Shown here piece after piece: positions 1 through 8,118 of a stretch of DNA of 32,000 nucleotides. Within the stretch, counting starts at the first letter, position 1, and each line of letters starts with the position of its first letter. A program made the translations under genes and the position numbers. Below the pieces are notes generated by a model. It worked only from the letters and a program-made list of their open reading frames with translations, was not told where the DNA came from and ran no database searches. Source of the DNA: Chlamydiales bacterium (GTDB lineage Bacteria; Chlamydiota; Chlamydiia; Chlamydiales; JAAKFR01); NCBI GenBank assembly GCA_041395025.1, contig JAWLBH010000001.1, positions 1,110,001 through 1,142,000 on the forward strand. Reading direction: 5' to 3'.

Positions 1-1097
1 CAATTTTTTAGTGAAAGACTTAAAGCAAGTAAATCGCGAGGTGTTCCATAGCCCGCAACAATTCTTGTAATCAGTCGTTCAAGATCGCGTATACCTTTGA
101 GATGTTGACGTAACTCAGTGATGTGATTGGGAGATTGAAAATACGTTTCAACACGATCTAAACGAGAATTGATCGTATCAATATCTAAAAGAGGATGAGT
201 AATCCAATCTCTAAGTAGCCTTTTTCCCATGGGTGTATAGGTTTGGTCAAGGACTCCTATAAGCGTAGACTGTGAGGATCCGTCCAATGACTCAGTGAGC
301 TCTAAATTTCTTTGAGTCATCCGATCAATTGCCATTGAATCTTTAGCTGATAAGGTTTTGATAGATCTGATATGATGAATAGGAAGGGAAAGTTCTTCAT
401 GGAGATAGGTCAGTAAACCACCCGCTGCATTGATTGCTGCTACCATGCCTTTGAGTCCAAATCCATCAAGATGATAGACACCAAAATGGTCCGTCAAATA
501 AGCATAAGCAGATTTATGTTCGAATTGCCATGCCATTCCAATCGAAATAACCGCATGATCGATTTCTCTAAATAAAGTCGCATGTTTTTTTTTAAAGATT
601 TCAGTCGTCAGAATTTCAGATGGTTTAAGACTAGAAAGCTCATTAATGAGCTCCCTTGTATTTTCAAATTCAATGATTTGAAATGCCGAAGTGGTTAAAT
701 CTAGAAATGCGAGTCCGAAAATAGAACCCACTTGCGTGATGGAAGCGATGAAATTATTGGCTGTATTAGAACAATGAACCACGGTTCCAGGAGTAATAAA
801 ACGGACAATTTCACGTTTGACTAGTCCTTTTGTCGCTTTTGGATCTTCAATTTGCTCAGCGATTGCAACTTTATACCCTTGTGAAACAAGACGATCAATG
901 TAAGTTTCACAAGTCTGCCAAGGCACTCCTGCCATTGGAATCCCTTGGCGTTTTGTAAGAGTCAAATCAAGTACTGCAGATAGAAGCTCAGCATCTTCAT
1001 GAAATGCTTCATAGAAATCTCCCATCCTAAATAAGAGAATGGCTTTTTTCGCCTTCTTTTTACACTTTTGCCACTGCTCCATCATTGGTGTTGTCAT
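1..1097 (-). CDS. mutS: DNA mismatch repair protein MutS, N-terminal part (3' end runs off the left edge of the window)
   Basis: The reverse complement from 1097 reads MTTPMMEQWQKCKKKAKKAILLFRMGDFYEAFHEDAELLSAVLDLTLTKRQGIPMAGVPWQTCETYIDRLVSQGYKVAIAEQIEDPKATKGLVKREIVRFITPGT. This matches the conserved MutS mismatch-binding N-terminus (TPMMxQ, GDFYE, PMAGVP, ITPGT). It is absent from the ORF track only because it is open to the window edge. Confidence 0.9.
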   Translation of the reverse strand, partial: MTTPMMEQWQKCKKKAKKAILLFRMGDFYEAFHEDAELLSAVLDLTLTKRQGIPMAGVPWQTCETYIDRLVSQGYKVAIAEQIEDPKATKGLVKREIVRFITPGTVVHCSNTANNFIASITQVGSIFGLAFLDLTTSAFQIIEFENTRELINELSSLKPSEILTTEIFKKKHATLFREIDHAVISIGMAWQFEHKSAYAYLTDHFGVYHLDGFGLKGMVAAINAAGGLLTYLHEELSLPIHHIRSIKTLSAKDSMAIDRMTQRNLELTESLDGSSQSTLIGVLDQTYTPMGKRLLRDWITHPLLDIDTINSRLDRVETYFQSPNHITELRQHLKGIRDLERLITRIVAGYGTPRDLLALSLSLKN

Positions 1098-1146
1098 AAG
1101 GTCTTGGAGATTACCAATAATTCCCGATTCTTGTACAGTTTAAGCC

Positions 1147-2862
1147 ATGTTTACTAAAGATAGCCTGAGCAAACTTCGTGAGGAAGTCGATCTTATCGAA
1201 GTGCTCAATCCTCATGTTGAATTTAAACGCATAGGGAGTGTCTATAAGGCGCTTTGTCCCTTTCATCAAGAAAAAACCCCCTCTTTTGTCGTACAGAAAG
1301 GGCAGTCTTATTACCATTGTTTTGGATGTGGTGTGCATGGAGATGCTGTCCAGTTTTTAATGAGCTACCTTAATCTTTCTTTCGTAGAAGCAGTAGAATC
1401 TCTGAGTGAACGTTTTCATCTTCCACTTGAGCGCGAAGATAAAAAGCATGAAAAAGGTGTCAATAAAACCCTACTCAAAGAGTGTTTAACCACGGCATCG
1501 CGTTTTTTTCACGAATACCTGCTTTTTTCTGCAGAAGGTAGAAAAGCACTCCAATATCTCTTTTCTAGGGGGATAACTCTCGATTTTATTCGAACTTTTG
1601 AAATTGGGTATGCTCCTGTCTCATCTTTATTATTTCAGGTCATTAAAGAAAAAGAAATTCTAATGGACACTGGTTTACTGCAAGAATCTGGCCATCTTTT
1701 TTTTCGTCAAAGAATCACCTTTCCTATCCGAGACCATCTTGGAGATGTGATTGGTTTTTCAGCACGTAAAATTGATGAAACTACCTTTGGAGGGAAATAT
1801 ATCAATACCCCTGAAACCTCTCTATTCAAGAAGTCTCGGCATCTTTTTGGCCTTAATTACTCACGTCGGAGGATTGCTAAAGAAAGACGAGTGCTTCTTG
1901 TAGAAGGACAAATTGATTGCCTTAGATTGATTGAATCTGGACTAGATCTGACAGTCGCGGCGCTAGGAACAGCATTTGGTGAGGGACATCTAAATTTTTT
2001 AAGACAATTAGGCATAAGAAAAGCCTACATTCTCTTTGACTCTGATCATGCAGGCATCTCAGCTGCTTCAAAAGTAGGGGATCTTTTTCAAAAGAGGGGA
2101 ATTGAAGCCTTGATAGTCCACTTTCCAACTGGGTATGATCCAGACACCTTTCTAACTACATTTGGAGTTGAACCTCTTTTTCCTCTCTTAGATCAGGCAG
2201 AGAATTATCTTTCTTTTCAATTAACTTTTTTATCCCAACAGATCGATCTTCATTCTCCATCTGGTAAAGCTGAAATTGTTAAAAATCTTAAATTACAAAT
2301 AGAAACTTGGGAAGATCCTATCATGGTGCATGAAACTCTGCGTAAACTTGCCTCTATGCTTGAACTCCCTGAGGAAATGGTGGGGATTAAACAAAATTTT
2401 TCTTCGAATTTTTTCATAAAACACAAGGGCATCCATCCATTACAACCATTCGATCCTGACCGGATTCTTGAAATGGATTTGCTCCGTTGGCTGATATTAA
2501 TGGGAGAAAAATTTTATCAAACAGCCCGCCATTACTTAAAACCATCGTATTTTTTTGTTCCGGTCTGTCGTCTTATTTTTGAAAAAATTATTGAGAATGA
2601 GAAAGTTGATCTCCTTATTTTAGCTACTCAACTAGAAGATCCATTAGTGATTGATGAGATTTTAAAAAAGAAAGTCAATAAAGAGCGTGCTGAAGTCCAT
2701 TTTCTAGAAACCATTCAAAAAATACTTGATAGAAATTGGATGCAAACACGCGAAGAAATTAAAAGAAAGATGCACAATGGAAAATATTCCGAGGAAGAAA
2801 TTCTTGAATTAGCAAAAAGATTTGATGGGTTGAAGCGGGAAGTCTGTATAGAATTCATCTAA
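1147..2862 (+). CDS. dnaG: DNA primase DnaG
   Basis: 571 aa ORF. It has a CHC2 zinc finger (CPFHQEKTPSFVVQKGQSYYHCFGCGVHGD) and a TOPRIM core (LLVEGQIDCL ... ILFDSDHAG). It is divergent from mutS across a 49 bp spacer. Confidence 0.93.
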   Translation: MFTKDSLSKLREEVDLIEVLNPHVEFKRIGSVYKALCPFHQEKTPSFVVQKGQSYYHCFGCGVHGDAVQFLMSYLNLSFVEAVESLSERFHLPLEREDKKHEKGVNKTLLKECLTTASRFFHEYLLFSAEGRKALQYLFSRGITLDFIRTFEIGYAPVSSLLFQVIKEKEILMDTGLLQESGHLFFRQRITFPIRDHLGDVIGFSARKIDETTFGGKYINTPETSLFKKSRHLFGLNYSRRRIAKERRVLLVEGQIDCLRLIESGLDLTVAALGTAFGEGHLNFLRQLGIRKAYILFDSDHAGISAASKVGDLFQKRGIEALIVHFPTGYDPDTFLTTFGVEPLFPLLDQAENYLSFQLTFLSQQIDLHSPSGKAEIVKNLKLQIETWEDPIMVHETLRKLASMLELPEEMVGIKQNFSSNFFIKHKGIHPLQPFDPDRILEMDLLRWLILMGEKFYQTARHYLKPSYFFVPVCRLIFEKIIENEKVDLLILATQLEDPLVIDEILKKKVNKERAEVHFLETIQKILDRNWMQTREEIKRKMHNGKYSEEEILELAKRFDGLKREVCIEFI

Positions 2863-2880
2863 TTCTCTTATAATAATTCC

Positions 2881-4071
2881 ATGTCGAGAATGATTTCACA
2901 AGCGTTTATTTGGTCTAGACTACTAGGAGTCCCTTTTTGGGTGATGCTAAACACTCTCTCTGTGCTTCTATATAAGGAATTTCATGTCTCACCTTTGCTT
3001 GTCACTTTACTGATAGTACTCAAACCCACTACGGCTCTTTTTGCTTCCCATTGGAGTTGTTTTTTTTCAGGAAAGAATAAGTATTTTATTCTCACGAATA
3101 TTCTCCGTTTTACCCCCTTTCTTTTTTTCTTTGCTGTGAACTCGGCTTGGATGATCATTGGATGTTTTTTTCTTTACATGGTGCTGAGCCGAGGGAGCGT
3201 TCCAGTTTGGACAGAGTTATTTAAAAATCATTTACCTAAAGATCAACAACACCGTCTTTTTGCTTTTGGGAATACTTTTGAGTATTTAGGGATGACAATT
3301 TTTCCGATTATGATTGGAATGGTTCTGGATTATAATGCCAATCTTTGGCGTCTTCTATTTCCTCTTACAGCCTGTATTGGATTAACCTCAACTCTGCTGA
3401 TGGTGCGTCTTCCAAATAGTCTCACTAAAAGATCACCTATGCAAAAGACCGTTTTCCTTCCTTGGAAAAATGCTTTTACCATTATCAAATCTCATAGAGA
3501 CTTTCGTATCTATCTCTTTGCTTTTATGCTTGGAGGTAGTGGTTTAATGGTGATTCAGCCAGTTTTACCGATTTTTTTTGTTGATGAACTAAAATTCTCT
3601 TACACAGCCATGATGATGGCAATTTCAGTCTGTAAAGGAGTAGGGTATGTGATCTCTTCTCCTTTTTGGGTCAGACTTTTTAAACGATTTTCTCTCTTTC
3701 AATTCAGTTTTCTTGTGATTCTATTTGCATTTTGTTTTCCACTCATTCTCATTGGAGCAAAGTGGAGATTTTGGCTCTGTTATATTGCATATATTGGTTA
3801 TGGCTTTATGCAGTCAGGGAGTGAACTAAGTTGGCATCTTTCTCCTGCGATTTTTTCTTCTGAGCAAAGAAGTTTACCTTTTACAGAAACGAATATTCTT
3901 GCTGTAGGTTTGCGCGGTTGTTTTATTCCCTTTTTGGGGAGTTTTCTTTTTTATCTTTTTAATTCTTTTACTGTCATGATGATAGGTTCTTTATTTTGTT
4001 TACTGGGTGCTTTTATCTTGATAAATTATAAAGAAAAAGTAAAGATCCTTTCTAAAAGTTTGCCATTATAA
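2881..4071 (+). CDS. Polytopic inner-membrane protein, probable MFS-type transporter
   Basis: 396 aa, very hydrophobic, with roughly 10-12 predicted helices, F/L/I-rich, and a central basic loop (LTKRSPMQKTVFLPWKN) as in 6+6 MFS topology. I recognised no diagnostic motif, so the family assignment is tentative. Confidence 0.55.
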   Translation: MSRMISQAFIWSRLLGVPFWVMLNTLSVLLYKEFHVSPLLVTLLIVLKPTTALFASHWSCFFSGKNKYFILTNILRFTPFLFFFAVNSAWMIIGCFFLYMVLSRGSVPVWTELFKNHLPKDQQHRLFAFGNTFEYLGMTIFPIMIGMVLDYNANLWRLLFPLTACIGLTSTLLMVRLPNSLTKRSPMQKTVFLPWKNAFTIIKSHRDFRIYLFAFMLGGSGLMVIQPVLPIFFVDELKFSYTAMMMAISVCKGVGYVISSPFWVRLFKRFSLFQFSFLVILFAFCFPLILIGAKWRFWLCYIAYIGYGFMQSGSELSWHLSPAIFSSEQRSLPFTETNILAVGLRGCFIPFLGSFLFYLFNSFTVMMIGSLFCLLGAFILINYKEKVKILSKSLPL

Positions 4072-4106
4072 TTTTTTGGAATTATTTATTTTAGAGGGTT
4101 TATGGA
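3821..4106. repeat. Direct repeat copy A (MFS 3' end + intergenic 5'UTR/RBS + first 5 nt of ANK paralog 1)
   Basis: Aligns to 12238..12524 with only 3 substitutions and one 1-nt indel by my manual alignment. Confidence 0.95.
4093..4098 (+). promoter_or_regulatory. Shine-Dalgarno-like AGAGGG 3 nt upstream of the ATG of ANK paralog 1 (identical copy at 12511..12516 upstream of paralog 3)
   Basis: The sequence ttagagggtttATGGA is present identically in both repeat copies. Confidence 0.5.
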
Positions 4107-7100
4107 GCGGTTGAGTCGAGTCTTGAATGATGATCAAGCCATGTATCAAAGGATCATAAAATTTCACGAACAAATTAGAAAGTTTAATGAAAAGCCGGGT
4201 TATGTACTAACTGATCGTCTTGGCGAAAAAGGAGGAGTGGTTAAGAGGGGATTTTTCGGAATCAGATCAGTGGGGGATAAGCTTAAGAAGTATCGTGCGA
4301 GTGATAAAATAGCAGACATTGCTAAGAGGATTGATACTCTTTTTGAAACGTTTGAATCAGAATCTCTCCCTATTCTCAATTCTAGGATTGATTGGCAGAG
4401 TTTATCTGAGGAATTCCAAAAGATGAAACAGAACTACTTTATTCAGGAGGCAGAAGGGGGGAATAGTATTGAAAAAGCTGAAAGGATTATAGCATTACAC
4501 TGTGAGCAAAAGGCAAAAGTCATTGAGAGCTATCAAAGGATCGTTCGAGATATTTCTCCTGAAATGATTACTAAATCCCAACAAATTTTTACTCACCATC
4601 TTCTAACAGGTGGGTATCTTCAATCAGATGATGTGGTCATAAAAAATAATTCTAATGAAATAGATCTAGAGAAGACGTTTATCTCGACCAGGAAGACGAT
4701 TGTGAATAACCCAAGGAGTCTTTTAAATGCGAAATTAAATCGGGCACTCACAGACTTAGTTTTTTTATCAGCTCGGCCTACGACAGAAGAGAAAACAAGA
4801 AAAGATCTCTTTGTACAGACAAAGGTGATCATGGATATGGGATGTATTCCTATTCCTTATGACTACTCTCCTTTATTGTATGCAGTCTATTTAGGGGATA
4901 TAGATTGGTGTAGATTCTTATTGGACAAGATAGATTTAAAGGCATGGCAAGACTTTAAAAGAAAAGGAAATACTCTTTTGGCTTACCTCTTTATGCGCAT
5001 GCCCTTGGTTGAGCTGAGTTCCAATTCACAATCTGATAAAAAATCTAGTTCACAATCTGATAAACAATCTAGGGAATCATGGAAGTTTTTTTATCAAGAA
5101 AATGAGGTAAAACTTCACTTCCTTCAAAAACAGCAGCAAAAATCGGAGGAGACCGTCTTGGAAGTTTTAAAATTGCTTCTAGAGAAGGGATTTGATCCAA
5201 ACATCACCATAAGAAAAGGTGATTCACTGATACACGACGTTGTCCTAAGAGGTTTTCCAGATTCTCTAAAACTTTTGCTTGATAGAGGAGTGAATGTCAA
5301 TTCTCTTACGAATGCGCAGAATACCCCCTTGCATCTTGTATTCGTGATGGAGACTAATAAGGTAGAAAGTTCGGAGATAATTAGTAAGATGGTGGGGCTA
5401 CTTCTAGAGAAAGGTGCAAAACAGTTACCAAATGCAGACAAGAATACCCCCCTGCATTTGGGAGCAAAAACAGGCTGCGTAGATAGCGTGAGGATGTTAT
5501 TAGCAGCATCCATTGAAAGTGTCAATATTGAGAATATAAAGAATCAAAAACCTATTGAGTTAGCTATTTCGCATGGAAATGTGGGTGTAGTCAGAGAATT
5601 ATTTGATCAAAGTGATATAGATTCTGAAATCTATTTTAAGTATTTGCAGATCGCCATACGTTATGGTCATTTTCATGTATTCAAATTTTTATTAAATAAT
5701 AAGAAAGCAGATTTGAAGATGAATAGCATCATAGAATTTCTCATGGAATGTAGCAACATCACTGAATCTGCAGCATCTATTTTTCTCAAACTGTTATTAG
5801 AAAATGAGAATTTTCAGGAGAGGACTCTAGAAGGACTTTTATTAAGAGCATTAAAAACAAAACGTGAAACCCTTTTCTTTCTCTTGTTAGCTTATTTAGA
5901 TGATCAGGGCTTTTCTTTGATCGAAGAAAGCTGGATTGAGATGAAAAAGATAATCAATGCGAGCCCTACTTATGATGTTGGATTTAAAGACTTTATTAAC
6001 AAAGGAATATCTTTTAATTTACCATTAGAGAGTTTGAAAGATAAGATAGACAAAGATGGAAATTATCTAGATAACTATAGTAATGAATTTAAAGATTTTA
6101 TCAAAAAAGTAATATCTTTTAAATTAATCGTAAACACTTTCAAAGATACGATTTTTCTAATTAGAGAAGAAAAGGTCCTATTCAGGTCAAAAGATACTGG
6201 TCTTAAGTTTGTGGATCACAAAGATATTTTTCCTAAGATTGTGGAGTACTTAGAGATACCAGATGTGGTGAAATTTCCAATACTATCTACACAAATGCGT
6301 AAGAACTACTTGAAATCTATCAATTCGATAGCAATGAAAAATATATGCAAATCCTATCCTCAAGGAATGAGGCAATTTGCGGATGCAGAATTAAAAATAA
6401 GCGAAGATTTTTTTAAAAAATATAGTGACCAGCACGCTATGGACGTTTTCACGCAAAATACCTATTGGATGAAAAAATTTTTAAAGCGTCATGCTCACTT
6501 GCTTACACTATATCTGAAAAAAGATTCTTTAGGTAAGATCGATTTTTTTGCTACAAAATTATCAATAAAGAGACACATACAACGGTCTCCGACAGAGGAT
6601 CATCTTAACTATGTATTAAATCAATTACTTAATGAAAAAACATATTTTAAAATGTGTCCATCTCATCCATCTAGATATTTTGATATGGATCAAACTGTTT
6701 ATGAAAGAAAGAAATATGTTTCATGGGTAGAGTGGATTTTGGATATGGGATGTATTGTCACTCCTCACCACGAGTCTCCTTTAATATATGCAGCCTATTT
6801 AGGGGATGTGGAGTTATTTAAGATCTTATTCTCTAGGATAAACTTAGAGCAATGGTATGGATTCAAAATAAACGGTTATTCTCTGATCATGTTGGTCGTT
6901 ACAAAAGCGACATCACTACCATCCGAAAATCAGGATTTAGATAAAATAATTTCTAGACGTCTTTCCATGAAATCGGATGAATCTGCCTGTGAAATATTAA
7001 AATTGCTTTTCAGCAAAGGATTTACTCTAGATGTATTGAGTGGAGGTGAGATTGCCTCGCAGATGTTGAAATCGCTTTCGAATTCGAACAACAATCCTAA

Positions 7101-7962
7101 TCAAACAGTATTGAGTAATGCCGGTCTAATGTTTTGCTTAACAGCTCAATCACAATTTTCCCTCTGCATGAAGCTGCTATTAGAATCACAAGGGGTAGAT
7201 ATCAAGACTGTTATTGAGACGGTGAAGATAGGAACAAACACTCTCATGCATTGCCTTTTCCTACCGAATCGAAGTAAAAATGAAAGAAAAGTTAGCGAAA
7301 TCTTGCAGATGTTTTTAAAAATGAATTTTAATGTTAAACAGCATCCAAATGAAGAAGGTAAACTCCCTATACATTTGGCTATTGAACGTGGATATAGTTC
7401 TAGTCTTGAGGATTTATTAAGATTATGTGGGGTTGCGGATATTCACGATAAAGATGGTAAGCTTCTTGAGCTAGCTATTTCTTGTAGAAATAAAGCAGGG
7501 TTAAAAAACCTTTTTCAGGTCACTTTTATGAATAAGGATAAGTATTTTGTATGTTTAAAATCGACTATTATGAATGGTGATCTGGATTTATTCAAATATT
7601 TGCTAAAACAAAGAAAAGACTATCCGGTTGATGTGGATGCGTTATTATTGGTAATGATTGGATGCTACAAGAATATGGCGGATAATAGGCTATCGCAACC
7701 ACAAGTAGTAGGTAATAGGCCATCACAACTACAAAATGTGCGATTAGTCCTTTATGCAAAAATGTTATTAGAAATTTATAAAGAGGCGTCCATCGAGAAG
7801 GCCGTATTAGAGGCAGTCAAAAAGCAAAATGAAGAGTTCTGTTTTATATTGATAGATTATTTGCAATCTAATTTAAATACCCATAACTTGAGTATAATGG
7901 AGAAGATCAAGAGTCCATATTTCAGCAGATATGATTGTAAAGTTAAAAAACATATTCAGTGA
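4102..7962 (+). CDS. Giant ankyrin-repeat protein with central F-box-like motif, paralog 1 of 3 (candidate host-directed effector)
   Basis: 1286 aa. ANK consensus segments include NTPLHLVF, DKNTPLHLGAKTGCVDSVRMLL, KPIELAISHGNVGVVRELF and GKLPIHLAIERGYSSSLEDLL. There are two modules, each opening with an (I/V)(M/L)DMGC...SPL(L/I)YA(A/V)YLGD motif at aa ~245 and ~880. An F-box-like stretch (FPKIVEYLEIPDVVKFPILSTQMRKNYL) lies between the modules. The N-terminal domain is shared with 8119.. and 12520.. Confidence 0.8.
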   Translation: MERLSRVLNDDQAMYQRIIKFHEQIRKFNEKPGYVLTDRLGEKGGVVKRGFFGIRSVGDKLKKYRASDKIADIAKRIDTLFETFESESLPILNSRIDWQSLSEEFQKMKQNYFIQEAEGGNSIEKAERIIALHCEQKAKVIESYQRIVRDISPEMITKSQQIFTHHLLTGGYLQSDDVVIKNNSNEIDLEKTFISTRKTIVNNPRSLLNAKLNRALTDLVFLSARPTTEEKTRKDLFVQTKVIMDMGCIPIPYDYSPLLYAVYLGDIDWCRFLLDKIDLKAWQDFKRKGNTLLAYLFMRMPLVELSSNSQSDKKSSSQSDKQSRESWKFFYQENEVKLHFLQKQQQKSEETVLEVLKLLLEKGFDPNITIRKGDSLIHDVVLRGFPDSLKLLLDRGVNVNSLTNAQNTPLHLVFVMETNKVESSEIISKMVGLLLEKGAKQLPNADKNTPLHLGAKTGCVDSVRMLLAASIESVNIENIKNQKPIELAISHGNVGVVRELFDQSDIDSEIYFKYLQIAIRYGHFHVFKFLLNNKKADLKMNSIIEFLMECSNITESAASIFLKLLLENENFQERTLEGLLLRALKTKRETLFFLLLAYLDDQGFSLIEESWIEMKKIINASPTYDVGFKDFINKGISFNLPLESLKDKIDKDGNYLDNYSNEFKDFIKKVISFKLIVNTFKDTIFLIREEKVLFRSKDTGLKFVDHKDIFPKIVEYLEIPDVVKFPILSTQMRKNYLKSINSIAMKNICKSYPQGMRQFADAELKISEDFFKKYSDQHAMDVFTQNTYWMKKFLKRHAHLLTLYLKKDSLGKIDFFATKLSIKRHIQRSPTEDHLNYVLNQLLNEKTYFKMCPSHPSRYFDMDQTVYERKKYVSWVEWILDMGCIVTPHHESPLIYAAYLGDVELFKILFSRINLEQWYGFKINGYSLIMLVVTKATSLPSENQDLDKIISRRLSMKSDESACEILKLLFSKGFTLDVLSGGEIASQMLKSLSNSNNNPNQTVLSNAGLMFCLTAQSQFSLCMKLLLESQGVDIKTVIETVKIGTNTLMHCLFLPNRSKNERKVSEILQMFLKMNFNVKQHPNEEGKLPIHLAIERGYSSSLEDLLRLCGVADIHDKDGKLLELAISCRNKAGLKNLFQVTFMNKDKYFVCLKSTIMNGDLDLFKYLLKQRKDYPVDVDALLLVMIGCYKNMADNRLSQPQVVGNRPSQLQNVRLVLYAKMLLEIYKEASIEKAVLEAVKKQNEEFCFILIDYLQSNLNTHNLSIMEKIKSPYFSRYDCKVKKHIQ
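5026..5073 (+). repeat. In-frame 2x24 bp tandem repeat (SQSDKKSS / SQSDKQSR) inside paralog 1
   Basis: tcacaatctgataaaaaatctagt / tcacaatctgataaacaatctagg, 2 mismatches. Confidence 0.85.
6224..6330 (+). other. F-box-like motif of paralog 1
   Basis: DIFPKIVEYLEIPDVVKFPILSTQMRKNYLKSI loosely follows the F-box pattern LPxE(I/L)xxxIxxxLxxxDLxxxxxVSKxW. This is the weakest of the three copies. Confidence 0.35.
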
Positions 7963-8118
7963 ATTCAAAAGATTTCTATCCCTTTTTAAGGAAAATGAAG
8001 ATTTTTGTCTAAAATAGCTTATTTTTTTTAGTTTTTTTTAAAAAAAAAATTAAAAATAGACTACAAACCCCTTAAAGGTTTATAATTTTATTAATCAATC
8101 AATAAAATTATCAAGTTT

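Noticed and set aside
5124-5525. 133 aa antisense ORF inside ANK paralog 1. The other short minus- or plus-strand track ORFs fall in the same class: 1111..1338, 1922..2128, 2250..2432, 4620..4832, 8954..9187, 11439..11621, 12484..12705, 14727..14936, 16262..16462, 16716..16901, 17260..17454, 17573..17800, 18622..18828, 20200..20400, 21120..21308, 22627..22818, 22697..22885, 25528..25830, 25931..26239, 26408..26626, 26448..26633, 27864..28055, 27982..28257 and 28265..28459.
   Set aside because: Each lies wholly or mostly inside a much longer ORF with clear homology or family support. Their translations are low-complexity with no recognisable motifs. AT-rich genomes generate such shadow ORFs by chance.
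8032-8049. T8A10 palindromic tract in the paralog 1-2 intergenic region, as a possible terminator or regulatory hairpin.
   Set aside because: It is pure A/T homopolymer pairing with negligible stability and has no GC stem. It is more simply AT-rich spacer DNA, possibly intrinsically bent.
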